Source of the DNA: a virus
Lineage: Duplodnaviria; Caudoviricetes
Direction: 5' to 3' (one strand)
DNA length: 64,000 bases
Virus record (IMG/VR): IMGVR_UViG_3300032310_000320
Span: 1-64,000 of that record
Shown: positions 1 to 8,577 of the stretch, one piece after another
Layout: the number at the start of each line of letters is the position of its first letter
Numbering within the stretch: position 1 is the first letter of the stretch
The notes under the pieces: generated by a model
What the model was told of the DNA's origin: nothing
Database searches by the model: none
Seen by the model: the letters and a program-made list of their open reading frames with translations, nothing else
Position numbers and translations under genes: made by a program

Positions 1-35
1 AAGACTAGACCTGTCAAATTGAAACCTATAAGTGT

Positions 36-530
36 TTATACCAAAGGCATGCCAGTAGATTTTTTCTTAGGTGGTTTAGGTTTAACTAAAGATGTAAGCA
101 ATTTGGTTTGTTTGCGGTTCATCTGCGCGTTAACACTGTCTTCGGCTTTCTTTGTTTTTGCTTCTGACTGGCTAAGTTCATTTTCCATAGCAGCCAAAGC
201 CTGCATGTTACGAATGTCCTCTTCAGACAATTCTTTTTTGCGTTTAGATCGCAACGCATCAAGTTGTTTGCGGCCGCTTGATCGAGCATTTGACAACGCA
301 TAACCCGTGCCTAATAAATGTCCACCAAGACCACCACCAAGGATTGCTCCCACATGCGGTTGTCCTGTCAATGCCGTGGATATACCTCCGCCCGCAAGAC
401 CACCAAGGACTGAACCCCCGGCAGGCGCAAGAAACATGGGACTACTTAAGTAATTTCCCATAAGATTTAAAAAACTGTTTGCTCTTTTTTCTGTAGCACA
501 CAACATTCCAAGTTCAGCAGCAGTAAGCAT
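36..530 (-). CDS. Putative virion protein with TAxELG leader and glycine-zipper segment
   Basis: ORF track 36..548; start moved to ATG at 530 (GGAG 6 nt upstream). Begins MLTAAELGMLCATEKRA; GxxxG-rich hydrophobic stretch; basic coiled-coil C-terminus. Confidence 0.6.
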   Translation of the reverse strand: MLTAAELGMLCATEKRANSFLNLMGNYLSSPMFLAPAGGSVLGGLAGGGISTALTGQPHVGAILGGGLGGHLLGTGYALSNARSSGRKQLDALRSKRKKELSEEDIRNMQALAAMENELSQSEAKTKKAEDSVNAQMNRKQTKLLTSLVKPKPPKKKSTGMPLV

Positions 531-540
531 GATTAACTCC

Positions 541-552
541 ATAAGCACTTAT
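541..552. promoter_or_regulatory. Palindrome ATAAGYRCTTAT (putative late promoter/operator)
   Basis: ATAAGCACTTAT, exact match, directly upstream of the RBS of 36..530. Confidence 0.55.
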
Positions 553-995
553 ACTGTTGGCCAAGCTGCTATGCCCCAGCACCTAAACACTTCGTTAAGA
601 CGCCCTGTTGTCTTCCACATTCTGTTCCATTTTATCAAAGTTGCGTGTGCATGTCCTATCTGAACATCATGCACAAAGACTTTATTGTGCTTAACACCTT
701 TGACCACAACATAGTGAGATACAGATTCAGGCTCCCAACACACCAAACAAATGACAGGCCTATTGGTATTACAGAAGTGCTTAAGATCTGACACAGACAT
801 CTCACCAGCCAAGACATTGAGCCCCGAAAGCCTAAGAGCCGCCTCCAATTGTCTGGGGTCGGCTCCGTCTTGGGGTGTGGCAAACTTTTTTTTAGTTGTC
901 GGAACATTGAAGTACTTGAGAACACAAGCTACCGCGGCCTCACCACAATCATGATCCCCCTTTTGTCGTTCGTCAGGTAATGAGATCATGATCAT
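549..995 (-). CDS. Stand-alone C39-family cysteine peptidase
   Basis: QKGDHDCGEAA (Q..CG), SHYVVVKG (His) and VHD (Asp) in the C39 order; no ABC transporter domains. Confidence 0.75.
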   Translation of the reverse strand: MIMISLPDERQKGDHDCGEAAVACVLKYFNVPTTKKKFATPQDGADPRQLEAALRLSGLNVLAGEMSVSDLKHFCNTNRPVICLVCWEPESVSHYVVVKGVKHNKVFVHDVQIGHAHATLIKWNRMWKTTGRLNEVFRCWGIAAWPTV

Positions 996-1019
996 TCTCC
1001 TAAAAGTGCATATGAATCA

Positions 1020-1736
1020 TCAAAGTGCTCCTACCCAGCGACCCAGAGAATTCAACACCATGGGAACAAACCTCGGCACGCCTTCCTGAATAATTCCCGC
1101 ACCCAAAATAGGCTTGTACTTCATCGTGCGTCCATACTTAAATGCGTACGCCGAATTATCCACCAGACACCCAACATTGAATCCCCACCACAAAGAAGAC
1201 TTATTCGCTGCGTACATAATACCCGCGTGACTGTGAATGTGTCCAATCACCGTAGGTCTCATGTTGGCTATGGCACACCTACTAGCACCCAAAGGACCCG
1301 TAAACCCTTCTCCGTGCTCAAACACAATGCCGTCTATGATCCACTCTTCCGCCCACTTCCAGCCCACAGGAGCCTCTAGGATGTCATGCAACTCCTTAAG
1401 CACCCTCTGAGGCAACCCTGAGTCCAAAGCCTTCCTGAATGGCCTCATGGTGTGATTGGATGTGCAGATCTTGGCTGTGGGAAACAATTCATACACGTCG
1501 TACAGTTGCTCTACGGCTTTGTCGAGTTCGTGGCCGGCAGAAAAGCCATCGGGGTCATGCTTGTACTGAGACAAAGCATGACCATCTATCTCGTCACCCA
1601 GAAACACAATCTCGTCAAAGGAGTATTTGTTCTTAATGGCCCTGAGAAATGCAAGGGCGTCCTTATGCATGAAAGGACAGTGCAGATCACCAACAGCAAG
1701 GATGGTTTTCTTGCTGCGTGCTAGTGGTTGGGCCAC
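1020..1736 (-). CDS. Calcineurin-like metallophosphoesterase
   Basis: GDLH, GDEID, SNH, EHG and GHIH motifs in canonical order. Confidence 0.85.
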   Translation of the reverse strand: MAQPLARSKKTILAVGDLHCPFMHKDALAFLRAIKNKYSFDEIVFLGDEIDGHALSQYKHDPDGFSAGHELDKAVEQLYDVYELFPTAKICTSNHTMRPFRKALDSGLPQRVLKELHDILEAPVGWKWAEEWIIDGIVFEHGEGFTGPLGASRCAIANMRPTVIGHIHSHAGIMYAANKSSLWWGFNVGCLVDNSAYAFKYGRTMKYKPILGAGIIQEGVPRFVPMVLNSLGRWVGAL

Positions 1737-1750
1737 GAGTATCTCCTAAA

Positions 1751-2128
1751 TCACATGACGCTGTTTTTCCCGGGAACAACAACGGTGACGGGACGACGAC
1801 GCACTAAATCCCGACGAGCCGAAGCATCATCAGGTGAGCCTTGTTCGCGCGCTTGCTGAACAAGGTCTTCCATTTTGTCGATGAATCTTTGTAAGTCTTC
1901 GATGTTGTCCATGGCCATATAAGAGTTGTCGCCGGGATTGTCCCTGAGATGCTTGAGGCCATTCTTGACCATCTCACTCATGGCGTTCATTCTGGCCAAG
2001 GCTTCTCTGACAGAAAGGATTTGGTAGCTGTTGTCGCGGGAATCTTCTATGCGAATAAGACCACGTTCCGCCCACACCCTGAGATGCCTGTATTGCGCAA
2101 GACCATGATCGAGATTAGTAAAAAGCAT
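1751..2128 (-). CDS. Hypothetical protein
   Basis: ORF track 1751..2149; GAGG RBS supports ATG at 2128. Confidence 0.6.
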   Translation of the reverse strand: MLFTNLDHGLAQYRHLRVWAERGLIRIEDSRDNSYQILSVREALARMNAMSEMVKNGLKHLRDNPGDNSYMAMDNIEDLQRFIDKMEDLVQQAREQGSPDDASARRDLVRRRPVTVVVPGKNSVM

Positions 2129-2135
2129 GATTACC

Positions 2136-2690
2136 TCAGTAGGACACAACGTTGCTCGGGGTGATTGTAGTCGGAGTCATTATTTCAATTCTTGGGTAAA
2201 TGTCCATCCCCATGTATTTCTCTGTCTGCAACGTACCAGCGTCTTTCGCCGCACGCCAACGTTTTAACGCTTGTTTCAAACCTTTTTCACCAAAAGTAGT
2301 GCGTGATTTGCCTGCGCCTACTACATCAAAAAACGAACTGTTTACGATATTCGGCGCCAATGGAGCTTCGTGCCGGTAATCTCCAGTACCGGGTGCCCCA
2401 AACATTTCATGATCCGCAAGTGTCGCATACAAGAATGAATTGTTGGGATCTGAAGGGACGTTACGCGCGGCCAGACGCTTGTGCAATTCTTTTTCAAACC
2501 AACGTCTTTTGTCTACGTAAGCTTTTACCTTGTCAGGATCGCTTGCCCACCTGCCTTTTGTGCGGTGTGCAGTCAATTCGTCATATGACAATGGTTTAAG
2601 TTGATCACGTTTGTCACGGGCGTAATGGACCAACGTGTAATCTTCTGCATACTTAGCCGCAAGTTGACCGAGTTCGTGTGCAGTAATCAT
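2136..2690 (-). CDS. TAxELG-leader protein, unknown function (possible ART-like fold)
   Basis: Begins MITAHELGQLAAKYA; GAGGAG RBS. Confidence 0.6.
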   Translation of the reverse strand: MITAHELGQLAAKYAEDYTLVHYARDKRDQLKPLSYDELTAHRTKGRWASDPDKVKAYVDKRRWFEKELHKRLAARNVPSDPNNSFLYATLADHEMFGAPGTGDYRHEAPLAPNIVNSSFFDVVGAGKSRTTFGEKGLKQALKRWRAAKDAGTLQTEKYMGMDIYPRIEIMTPTTITPSNVVSY

Positions 2691-2705
2691 CACTAACTCC
2701 TCGCA

Positions 2706-3023
2706 TCAACAATTCCATTTACGCAAAGCCTTGTTAATACGGCTGTCAGGATCATTGGCCGTTTCACTACTTGTCAGCTTACTCTTCATGCCACCCATTC
2801 GTGCACAGAAGCTTGCCTTACGTCCTGCGCGCTCTCCTGTGGGTTTGTCTTCCGTCACAGGAGGTTTAATGTCTTGACCCTGTGCTTTGAGGCTAGCACG
2901 TCCTTTGGCGTTTAAGCCACCTGACTCGCTTTTACCTTCAGCACGTGTCCATGCACCTTCAGCAGCTTTGATCAAGTTAGCTGTGTGCTGTGCGGAAACT
3001 AAACCAAGTTCATATGCAGTCAT
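2706..3023 (-). CDS. TAxELG-leader protein carrying a small basic phage domain (DUF6321-like)
   Basis: MTAYELGLVSA...IKAA followed by AWTRAEGK..GGLNAKGRAS..RKASFCARMGG..W; family name recalled, not searched. Confidence 0.6.
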   Translation of the reverse strand: MTAYELGLVSAQHTANLIKAAEGAWTRAEGKSESGGLNAKGRASLKAQGQDIKPPVTEDKPTGERAGRKASFCARMGGMKSKLTSSETANDPDSRINKALRKWNC

Positions 3024-3036
3024 TGTGAATCACTCC

Positions 3037-3048
3037 ATAAGTGCTTAT
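3037..3048. promoter_or_regulatory. Palindrome ATAAGYRCTTAT
   Basis: ATAAGTGCTTAT, contains the stop codon of the upstream gene and abuts the GGAG RBS. Confidence 0.55.
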
Positions 3049-4466
3049 ACGTTTGTTCCGGGTGCCTGTCTTTGTCTGTTCTGCACTACTGAAGACAAGA
3101 TTGCAGTAATCGCTTTCCTTTTAAGTTCAGGGTCGGACATGATGGTAGGGAGAAAATTTTGAAATCTGGGGTTTGGCATTGGTACGGGTTTACCGCCGGG
3201 TTGCCACAATTTTAATTCTGTATAACCGTCCGGCACACCAGATGCTTTGCGATCTTGAAAAGACTTTTGATCTTGTTCGTATTCGCGTTGCAAAGATCGC
3301 AAAGCCCAAGCACGCGTCTGAGGTGGCAGTGTTTTGAAGACGTCACCTTCAGTTTTGCGACTGCGTGGATATGCAGAGTCGTGGGTAATGCCGTTGTCTG
3401 GAATTAATATTGGTGTTGTAATTATATTAGGCGCTTTAATTTTTCTGGCAGGATTATAATGTTGCAACAGTGCTTCGGCGGTAGGGATATCATTTAATGT
3501 TTTACCGGGATTGTTTTGAATCCAGTGTCGGCGTAATTCACTTAAATGCGCATTAAATTCAGTTGGCCTTCCGTAATACTTTACACCAAATTCTTCATCT
3601 TTGCGTAATTGCTCAGGAAATTTACTTTCATGTCCTTTGAAAACGTTTGGCAATCCAAGCACGTCGGCCATTGCGAAATTTTGACCTATACGCCGCAACA
3701 AGTTACTGGCATTACGGTGCATTGCGTGCGTTAATTCGTGCCCCACCGTACTGCGAAGCCAAGGGTCTGACGCCGGCTGATCAACATAAGGCTTTTCCGG
3801 GTTTAGCATTATTGCATTGGGATTTCGGTTCCATCCATTGCCGGACAGATTAATCTGTTGATACGCACTTGCATTTGCCGGATTATTTTTATCAGTAAAA
3901 CCGCCGTGCCTTCCAGTTGCAATAAATGGCGTTTGACTGTTTTCCCACGGTCCAACAAAACTGCCACCGCGCACGTCAACCGGGTTGTGTAAATCTTCAG
4001 GTTTCCACGTATGCAATCCTTCTAATTGCGCGTCATTTTGCCAACGTTGAGAATGATCAATTGCCCCCTGATATCCTCCGGGGTAGTCTTTGTACAAATC
4101 TTTAAAATACTCGTAAGGTTTGATTTCCGTTTTAAAATCACCTGTCGGTGGTCGGAAATAATCATACTGCGGTTTTGCGGCCGCTTGTGCAGCTTCTTGA
4201 GCTTTAGCCGAGCCACTTGCAAATGGGGTTACGGGTTGTTTTGGATTAGCTTTAGGCAAACCCTTAGGCAAACCCTTAGTTGCACCAAACGGTTGTTCTG
4301 ATGCTTTAGCGTAAGGATTTGGTTGAGCTTGAGGTTTTTGGTCTTTTGTTAAATTCATATCTGGTGGCTTAGGTGTAAACCAAGACCTCACACCTTCTGT
4401 CAACCACGAAGCGCTTTTAACCTTATGCCTAGCACACAGCATTCCTAATTCACTTGCAGTAAGCAT
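3045..4466 (-). CDS. HExxH zinc metallopeptidase-like protein, paralogue 1 (TAxELG leader)
   Basis: MLTASELGMLCARHKVKSA; VGHELTHAMH; downstream PTEFNAH. ORF track 3045..4478. Confidence 0.65.
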   Translation of the reverse strand: MLTASELGMLCARHKVKSASWLTEGVRSWFTPKPPDMNLTKDQKPQAQPNPYAKASEQPFGATKGLPKGLPKANPKQPVTPFASGSAKAQEAAQAAAKPQYDYFRPPTGDFKTEIKPYEYFKDLYKDYPGGYQGAIDHSQRWQNDAQLEGLHTWKPEDLHNPVDVRGGSFVGPWENSQTPFIATGRHGGFTDKNNPANASAYQQINLSGNGWNRNPNAIMLNPEKPYVDQPASDPWLRSTVGHELTHAMHRNASNLLRRIGQNFAMADVLGLPNVFKGHESKFPEQLRKDEEFGVKYYGRPTEFNAHLSELRRHWIQNNPGKTLNDIPTAEALLQHYNPARKIKAPNIITTPILIPDNGITHDSAYPRSRKTEGDVFKTLPPQTRAWALRSLQREYEQDQKSFQDRKASGVPDGYTELKLWQPGGKPVPMPNPRFQNFLPTIMSDPELKRKAITAILSSVVQNRQRQAPGTNV

Positions 4467-4476
4467 GGTTAACTCC

Positions 4477-4488
4477 ATAAGTGCTTAT
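4477..4488. promoter_or_regulatory. Palindrome ATAAGYRCTTAT
   Basis: ATAAGTGCTTAT at the gene junction. Confidence 0.55.
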
Positions 4489-5513
4489 ACATTTGTTCCG
4501 GGTGCCTGTCTTTGTCTGTTCTGTACTACTGAAGACAAGATTGCAATAATCGCTTTCCTTTTAAGTTCAGGGTCGGACATGATGGTAGGGAGCAATTCTT
4601 GAAAATACTTATTTGCCTTAGGCTTTTGCTCAGCAGGTAAGTTTTTGTTGGCAGGATTATAATGTTGCAACAATGCTTCAGCTTCAGGCACAGTACTTAT
4701 TCTTCTGCCGGGATTGGTTTCAACCCAGTCTCGCTTAAAGTCACTTAAATGCGCACTAAATTCAGTTGGTTCTCCCAGATAATCCAGCTTAGATCGCATG
4801 CCTACGCCAGCACTACCACGCCTGCTGAACTCCGGAGGAAATTTAGCTTCATGTCCTTTGAAAATTGGTTTTGCGTCTCTACTTTCAGTTTGCATAAAGT
4901 GTGTTAACTCGTGCGGAATCATTTCTTTCCACCACGCAGGATAATCTTTTGGTATAATTCTTGGATTTGTAAACATAAGATTACCTTCTTGATATGCACC
5001 GGAGTTACGGTTGTTTGAAAATCCGTTCGTGATATTAAACGCTTTTTCAGCTATAGGAACTTCTGTGCCCGTAGCTATAAACACTGATCTAGGTAACTTT
5101 TTAGGGTCCCACCTAGGTAATCCTTCTAATTGTGCGTGTTCTTGCCAACGTTGAGAATCGTCAATTGCTCCCTGATATCCTCCGGGATACCTTTTTTCGT
5201 ACAAAGGTTTCATGTAATTATATGGCGTAACGGCAATGCGTTCGTTTTGTTTTGGAGGATTGAAATAATTGGCGTCTGATTGACTATATTCTAATTGGGC
5301 TGGTGGCGCAGCAGGAGGCGTAGGCAGCTTTGGAGGTGGCGGCACGGCAGGAGACGCAGGTAGTTTTGGAGGTGGCGCAGCAGGAGCCACTGGAGGTTTA
5401 GGTGCCGACGATCCCGGTACTGACGGCATTCCCGTGTCGGGTTTACGAGACGCGGGATCCGCAGCCATCTTTACCCTAGCTGTTAATCTCCCAAGTTCAT
5501 ATGCCGTAGTCAT
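4485..5513 (-). CDS. HExxH zinc metallopeptidase-like protein, paralogue 2 (TAxELG leader)
   Basis: MTTAYELGRLTARVKMAA; Pro-rich linker; IPHELTHFMQ; PTEFSAH. ORF track 4485..5525. Confidence 0.65.
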   Translation of the reverse strand: MTTAYELGRLTARVKMAADPASRKPDTGMPSVPGSSAPKPPVAPAAPPPKLPASPAVPPPPKLPTPPAAPPAQLEYSQSDANYFNPPKQNERIAVTPYNYMKPLYEKRYPGGYQGAIDDSQRWQEHAQLEGLPRWDPKKLPRSVFIATGTEVPIAEKAFNITNGFSNNRNSGAYQEGNLMFTNPRIIPKDYPAWWKEMIPHELTHFMQTESRDAKPIFKGHEAKFPPEFSRRGSAGVGMRSKLDYLGEPTEFSAHLSDFKRDWVETNPGRRISTVPEAEALLQHYNPANKNLPAEQKPKANKYFQELLPTIMSDPELKRKAIIAILSSVVQNRQRQAPGTNV

Positions 5514-5523
5514 GCGTAACTCC

Positions 5524-5535
5524 ATAAGTGCTTAT
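5524..5535. promoter_or_regulatory. Palindrome ATAAGYRCTTAT
   Basis: ATAAGTGCTTAT at the gene junction. Confidence 0.55.
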
Positions 5536-6917
5536 ACGTTTGTTCCGGGTGCCTGTCTTTGTTTGTTTTGTACTACTGAAGACAAGATTTGAAGAATGGC
5601 TTTTCTTTTAAGTTCAGGGTTAGACATGATGGTAGGAAGAAGTTCTTGAAAACCATTTATGTCTGGTACGGGTTTACTATTACTGCTGGGTTGCCACAAT
5701 TTTAATTCTTTATAGCCGTCCGGCACACCAGATGCTTTGCGATCTTGAAAAGACTTTTGATCTTGTTCGTAAAAGAATTGATCAGCCTTCTGCTGACGTT
5801 TGCGCTCCCTAGGTGACAGCGTTTTATATAAATCACCGTGATTTATGTTACTGCGTGGATATGCAGAGTCATGGGTAATGTCGTTGTCTGGAATTGTAAT
5901 GTTAAAACGGCGAGGCGCTTCAACTTTTTTGTACGGATTATAATGTTGCAATAGTGCTTCAGCCGCAGGAATATTATCTAATGCTTTACCGGGATTGTTT
6001 GCAATCCAATCTCGTCGTAATTCACTTAAATATGCACCAAATTCAGATGGATCCCCTTTGTAATCTAGCGTAGATTGCGGATCGCCGATCCCTCCAACGC
6101 CAGCACTGCCGCGGCGGCTTAAATACTCAGGAAATTTACTTTCATATCCTTTAAAAAGATTGCCATCTAAGTAATTATTACGACGATGCATTTCGTGTGT
6201 GAGTTCGTGCCCAAATGCGTTGCGAAGCCAAGGACTTGACGCCGGCACATTGACTTCTGACGGATTCAGCATTAGGGCACCCTGCCCCCGAGGATAATTA
6301 AAATTGCGATTTGCCGAAGCGTATGCCCCGGCACGCATTGGATCCGTCGGAGATGTAAAACCGCGTTGAACCGGTTTAGGCGCAGTTTGACGTGATTCCC
6401 ACGGCCCAACACGATTACCACCACGCACGTCAACAGGTTGTTGTAAATCTTCAGGTTTCCAAGTTTGCAATCCTTCTAATTGTGCGTCTTCTTGCCAACG
6501 CTGCGCGTCAGCAATTGCTTTGGCGTAACCTCCGGGATACTTGTCATACAAAGGTTTAAAGTACTCGTAAGGTTTAATTTGCGTTTTAACGTGACCCGTT
6601 GGTGGTCGAAAATAATCATACTGCGGTCTTGCGGCTGCTTGTGCAGCTTCTTGAGCTTTAGCCGAGCCACTTGCAAATGGGGTTATGAATTGTTTTGGAT
6701 TAGCCTTAGGCAAACCCTTAGTTGCACCAAACGGTTGTTCTGATGCTTTAGCGTAAGGATTTGGTTGAGCTTGGGGCTTTTGGTCTTTTGTTACATTCAT
6801 CTCCGGCGGTGTAAATGGCTTAGGTGTAAACCAAGACCGCACACCTTCCGTTAAATCCGAAGCGCTTTTGATTCTATGCTTAGCACACAACATTCCTAGT
6901 TCACTTGCAGTAAGCAT
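5532..6917 (-). CDS. HExxH zinc metallopeptidase-like protein, paralogue 3 (TAxELG leader)
   Basis: MLTASELGMLCAKHRIKSA; FGHELTHEMH; PSEFGAY; C-terminus nearly identical to paralogues 1 and 2. Confidence 0.65.
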   Translation of the reverse strand: MLTASELGMLCAKHRIKSASDLTEGVRSWFTPKPFTPPEMNVTKDQKPQAQPNPYAKASEQPFGATKGLPKANPKQFITPFASGSAKAQEAAQAAARPQYDYFRPPTGHVKTQIKPYEYFKPLYDKYPGGYAKAIADAQRWQEDAQLEGLQTWKPEDLQQPVDVRGGNRVGPWESRQTAPKPVQRGFTSPTDPMRAGAYASANRNFNYPRGQGALMLNPSEVNVPASSPWLRNAFGHELTHEMHRRNNYLDGNLFKGYESKFPEYLSRRGSAGVGGIGDPQSTLDYKGDPSEFGAYLSELRRDWIANNPGKALDNIPAAEALLQHYNPYKKVEAPRRFNITIPDNDITHDSAYPRSNINHGDLYKTLSPRERKRQQKADQFFYEQDQKSFQDRKASGVPDGYKELKLWQPSSNSKPVPDINGFQELLPTIMSNPELKRKAILQILSSVVQNKQRQAPGTNV

Positions 6918-6927
6918 CGTTGGCTCC

Positions 6928-8079
6928 TTACTGCCCGAAGATTTTAGGAATTACGGCACCTAACACACCTAGAGCTGCATTACCCATTCCGAATTGCGGT
7001 GCTGAATATGGTGTGCCTATTACCTTGTTAATCGCATATCCCGCCAAAAACCCTGTACCGTAATTACCCGCCGCGTTCATGGCCAAGCTTCCCAGTTGAT
7101 CCGCGGTAACATATCCGGGCATAGGTCTTTCTGATGGCATTTGAGACGCAGCATACATCGTGGCCATGGTGCCTGCTGTTAACTGAGGACTTGCTCCGTT
7201 CTGCCACAGTGTTTGACCTAATGCATTTACATGTACATCGAAAGGCGTGGGAGCTCTTGGCATAGGTACAGCAGGAGCAAATGTCTCGAACTGCGCATGC
7301 TTAACGTAATAAGCATCTGAATGTTTTTTAGTCATGAATTTAAAAGGATTAGGAAATTGCATTTTAGGCCCCGGCGAGTTTTTTATAAACGGAGCGCGAG
7401 CGTCAAGCGCAGCATCTAGTTGTGGAGTACCCTCAAATCCACCGTAACTAGGCGTCGGTGCTTCTGTACCGGGCTCTTCTCCAATGTCGCTCCAAGGCCA
7501 ATTGCTTGTTATAGGTTTGCCTTCCGCAACACTGGGATAACCTCTAATCAATCCTGCGGTACCTGCGCCGCCTAATCCACCAAGCAGAGCTAAGCTTGTG
7601 GGAAGATTCTCGGCGTAACCTTCAGGAGCTACGGCTTTGGCAACACGACCTACGCCATAACCCAAACCTGCTCCGGCTAAACCCGTCGTCAACATAGCCG
7701 CAAGAGGATTAGGATGGTTTGGGATCATGCCCAAATATTTGCCCGGAATGAAGTTAAGGTTTTCAAGAATAGTTTGAATGGTTTGACTATATGCAACCTT
7801 AACCCAAGGATACTGATCAATGTCGTCTAGAGTCAGAGGCACTTTACGCGTGGGACCAAAATCAGACGCAAACTTGATTGTTCTTTCAAGGTCATCATCT
7901 GTAACGCCTTCGTGGCCATACACAGCGTACTTTTCACTTAAAGGGGAATAGTAAAACCCAACATGTCCTTGAGTAGGAACTGACAACGCAGGAACACGAA
8001 TACGCATGGCCGCCTCTGCACAAGGTTCCAGCCATGCGTTGATTGCGGGAATAACGTCATTCCAAGTCTGTGGAATCAT
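6928..8079 (-). CDS. Putative virion protein with glycine-zipper segments
   Basis: 383 aa ORF; GLAGAGLGYGVG and LLGGLGGAGTAG segments; several KxA motifs (EKYA, IKFA, VKVA, VKHA). Confidence 0.55.
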   Translation of the reverse strand: MIPQTWNDVIPAINAWLEPCAEAAMRIRVPALSVPTQGHVGFYYSPLSEKYAVYGHEGVTDDDLERTIKFASDFGPTRKVPLTLDDIDQYPWVKVAYSQTIQTILENLNFIPGKYLGMIPNHPNPLAAMLTTGLAGAGLGYGVGRVAKAVAPEGYAENLPTSLALLGGLGGAGTAGLIRGYPSVAEGKPITSNWPWSDIGEEPGTEAPTPSYGGFEGTPQLDAALDARAPFIKNSPGPKMQFPNPFKFMTKKHSDAYYVKHAQFETFAPAVPMPRAPTPFDVHVNALGQTLWQNGASPQLTAGTMATMYAASQMPSERPMPGYVTADQLGSLAMNAAGNYGTGFLAGYAINKVIGTPYSAPQFGMGNAALGVLGAVIPKIFGQ

Positions 8080-8090
8080 GGTTGGTTCCT

Positions 8091-8102
8091 ATAAGTGCTT
8101 AT
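8091..8102. promoter_or_regulatory. Palindrome ATAAGYRCTTAT
   Basis: ATAAGTGCTTAT upstream of the AGGA RBS of 6928..8079. Confidence 0.55.
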
Positions 8103-8103
8103 G

Positions 8104-8538
8104 TTAATTGTCAGTATTCCAAGTTTTTACTTCACCGTTTGCGTCTCTTTGAAAGTGAATAGTTTGCCCCGGACGTGCAACTGTGGTGGGGGCGTCATTA
8201 ACAACCTTTTTAAGTGCCGCATCTTGTACCATAGCGCGTGCCATTTCAAGAAGTTTGTTTGTGCCTAAACTTATTCCGCCAATCCCTCCACCCGCAATAG
8301 CTCCATATCCGGCACCACGCAACATGTTCTTAAAACGACTGCCGGGTTTCACAATGAGTTTACCGTCGGAATCTTTTTCAGCGACATGTCCCGGCGGCAA
8401 CAACCCACCAACCATACCACTGAAACCTGCGCCTAAAGCAGCTGGAACGGCTACGTGTGCAATATCCATACCTAGCCCAGCTGACTTTTCAATAAGTGCA
8501 TCTGCCGCAAAACAGCCAAGATCGAATGCCGTCGTCAT
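8104..8538 (-). CDS. Glycine-zipper protein with TAFDLG leader
   Basis: MTTAFDLGCFAADALIEKSA; two Gly-rich hydrophobic segments flanking SRFKNMLRGA. Confidence 0.6.
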   Translation of the reverse strand: MTTAFDLGCFAADALIEKSAGLGMDIAHVAVPAALGAGFSGMVGGLLPPGHVAEKDSDGKLIVKPGSRFKNMLRGAGYGAIAGGGIGGISLGTNKLLEMARAMVQDAALKKVVNDAPTTVARPGQTIHFQRDANGEVKTWNTDN

Positions 8539-8559
8539 GGTTGGTTCCTATAAGTTCCT

Positions 8560-8571
8560 ATAAGTGTTTAT
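8560..8571. promoter_or_regulatory. Near-palindrome ATAAGTGTTTAT with a 10-bp tandem duplication
   Basis: One mismatch to consensus; adjacent TTCCTATAAG repeated twice. Confidence 0.45.
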
Positions 8572-8577
8572 TGTGAA

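Larger units (their letters stand above)
3045..5640. repeat. Three copies of a ~100 bp direct repeat (shared 3' ends of the HExxH paralogues)
   Basis: Blocks beginning at 3045, 4485 and 5532 (tta tac .tt tgt tcc ggg tgc ctg tct ttg ... tta agt tca ggg) are near-identical. Confidence 0.9.

Noticed and set aside
36-995. C39 peptidase plus Gly-rich protein as a class II bacteriocin locus
   Set aside because: No GG leader end, ABC exporter or immunity gene; the same leader is on a helicase and on peptidases.
4250-4280. 12-bp tandem repeat (KGLP twice) and Pro-rich low-complexity runs
   Set aside because: Simple slippage in linkers; no sign of phase variation because the frame is preserved.
3037-8571. 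Palindrome at gene junctions as integron attC or site-specific recombination sites
   Set aside because: It is only 12 bp, has no attC R/L box structure, no integrase is visible, and it also occurs inside CDSs. A transcriptional role is simpler.
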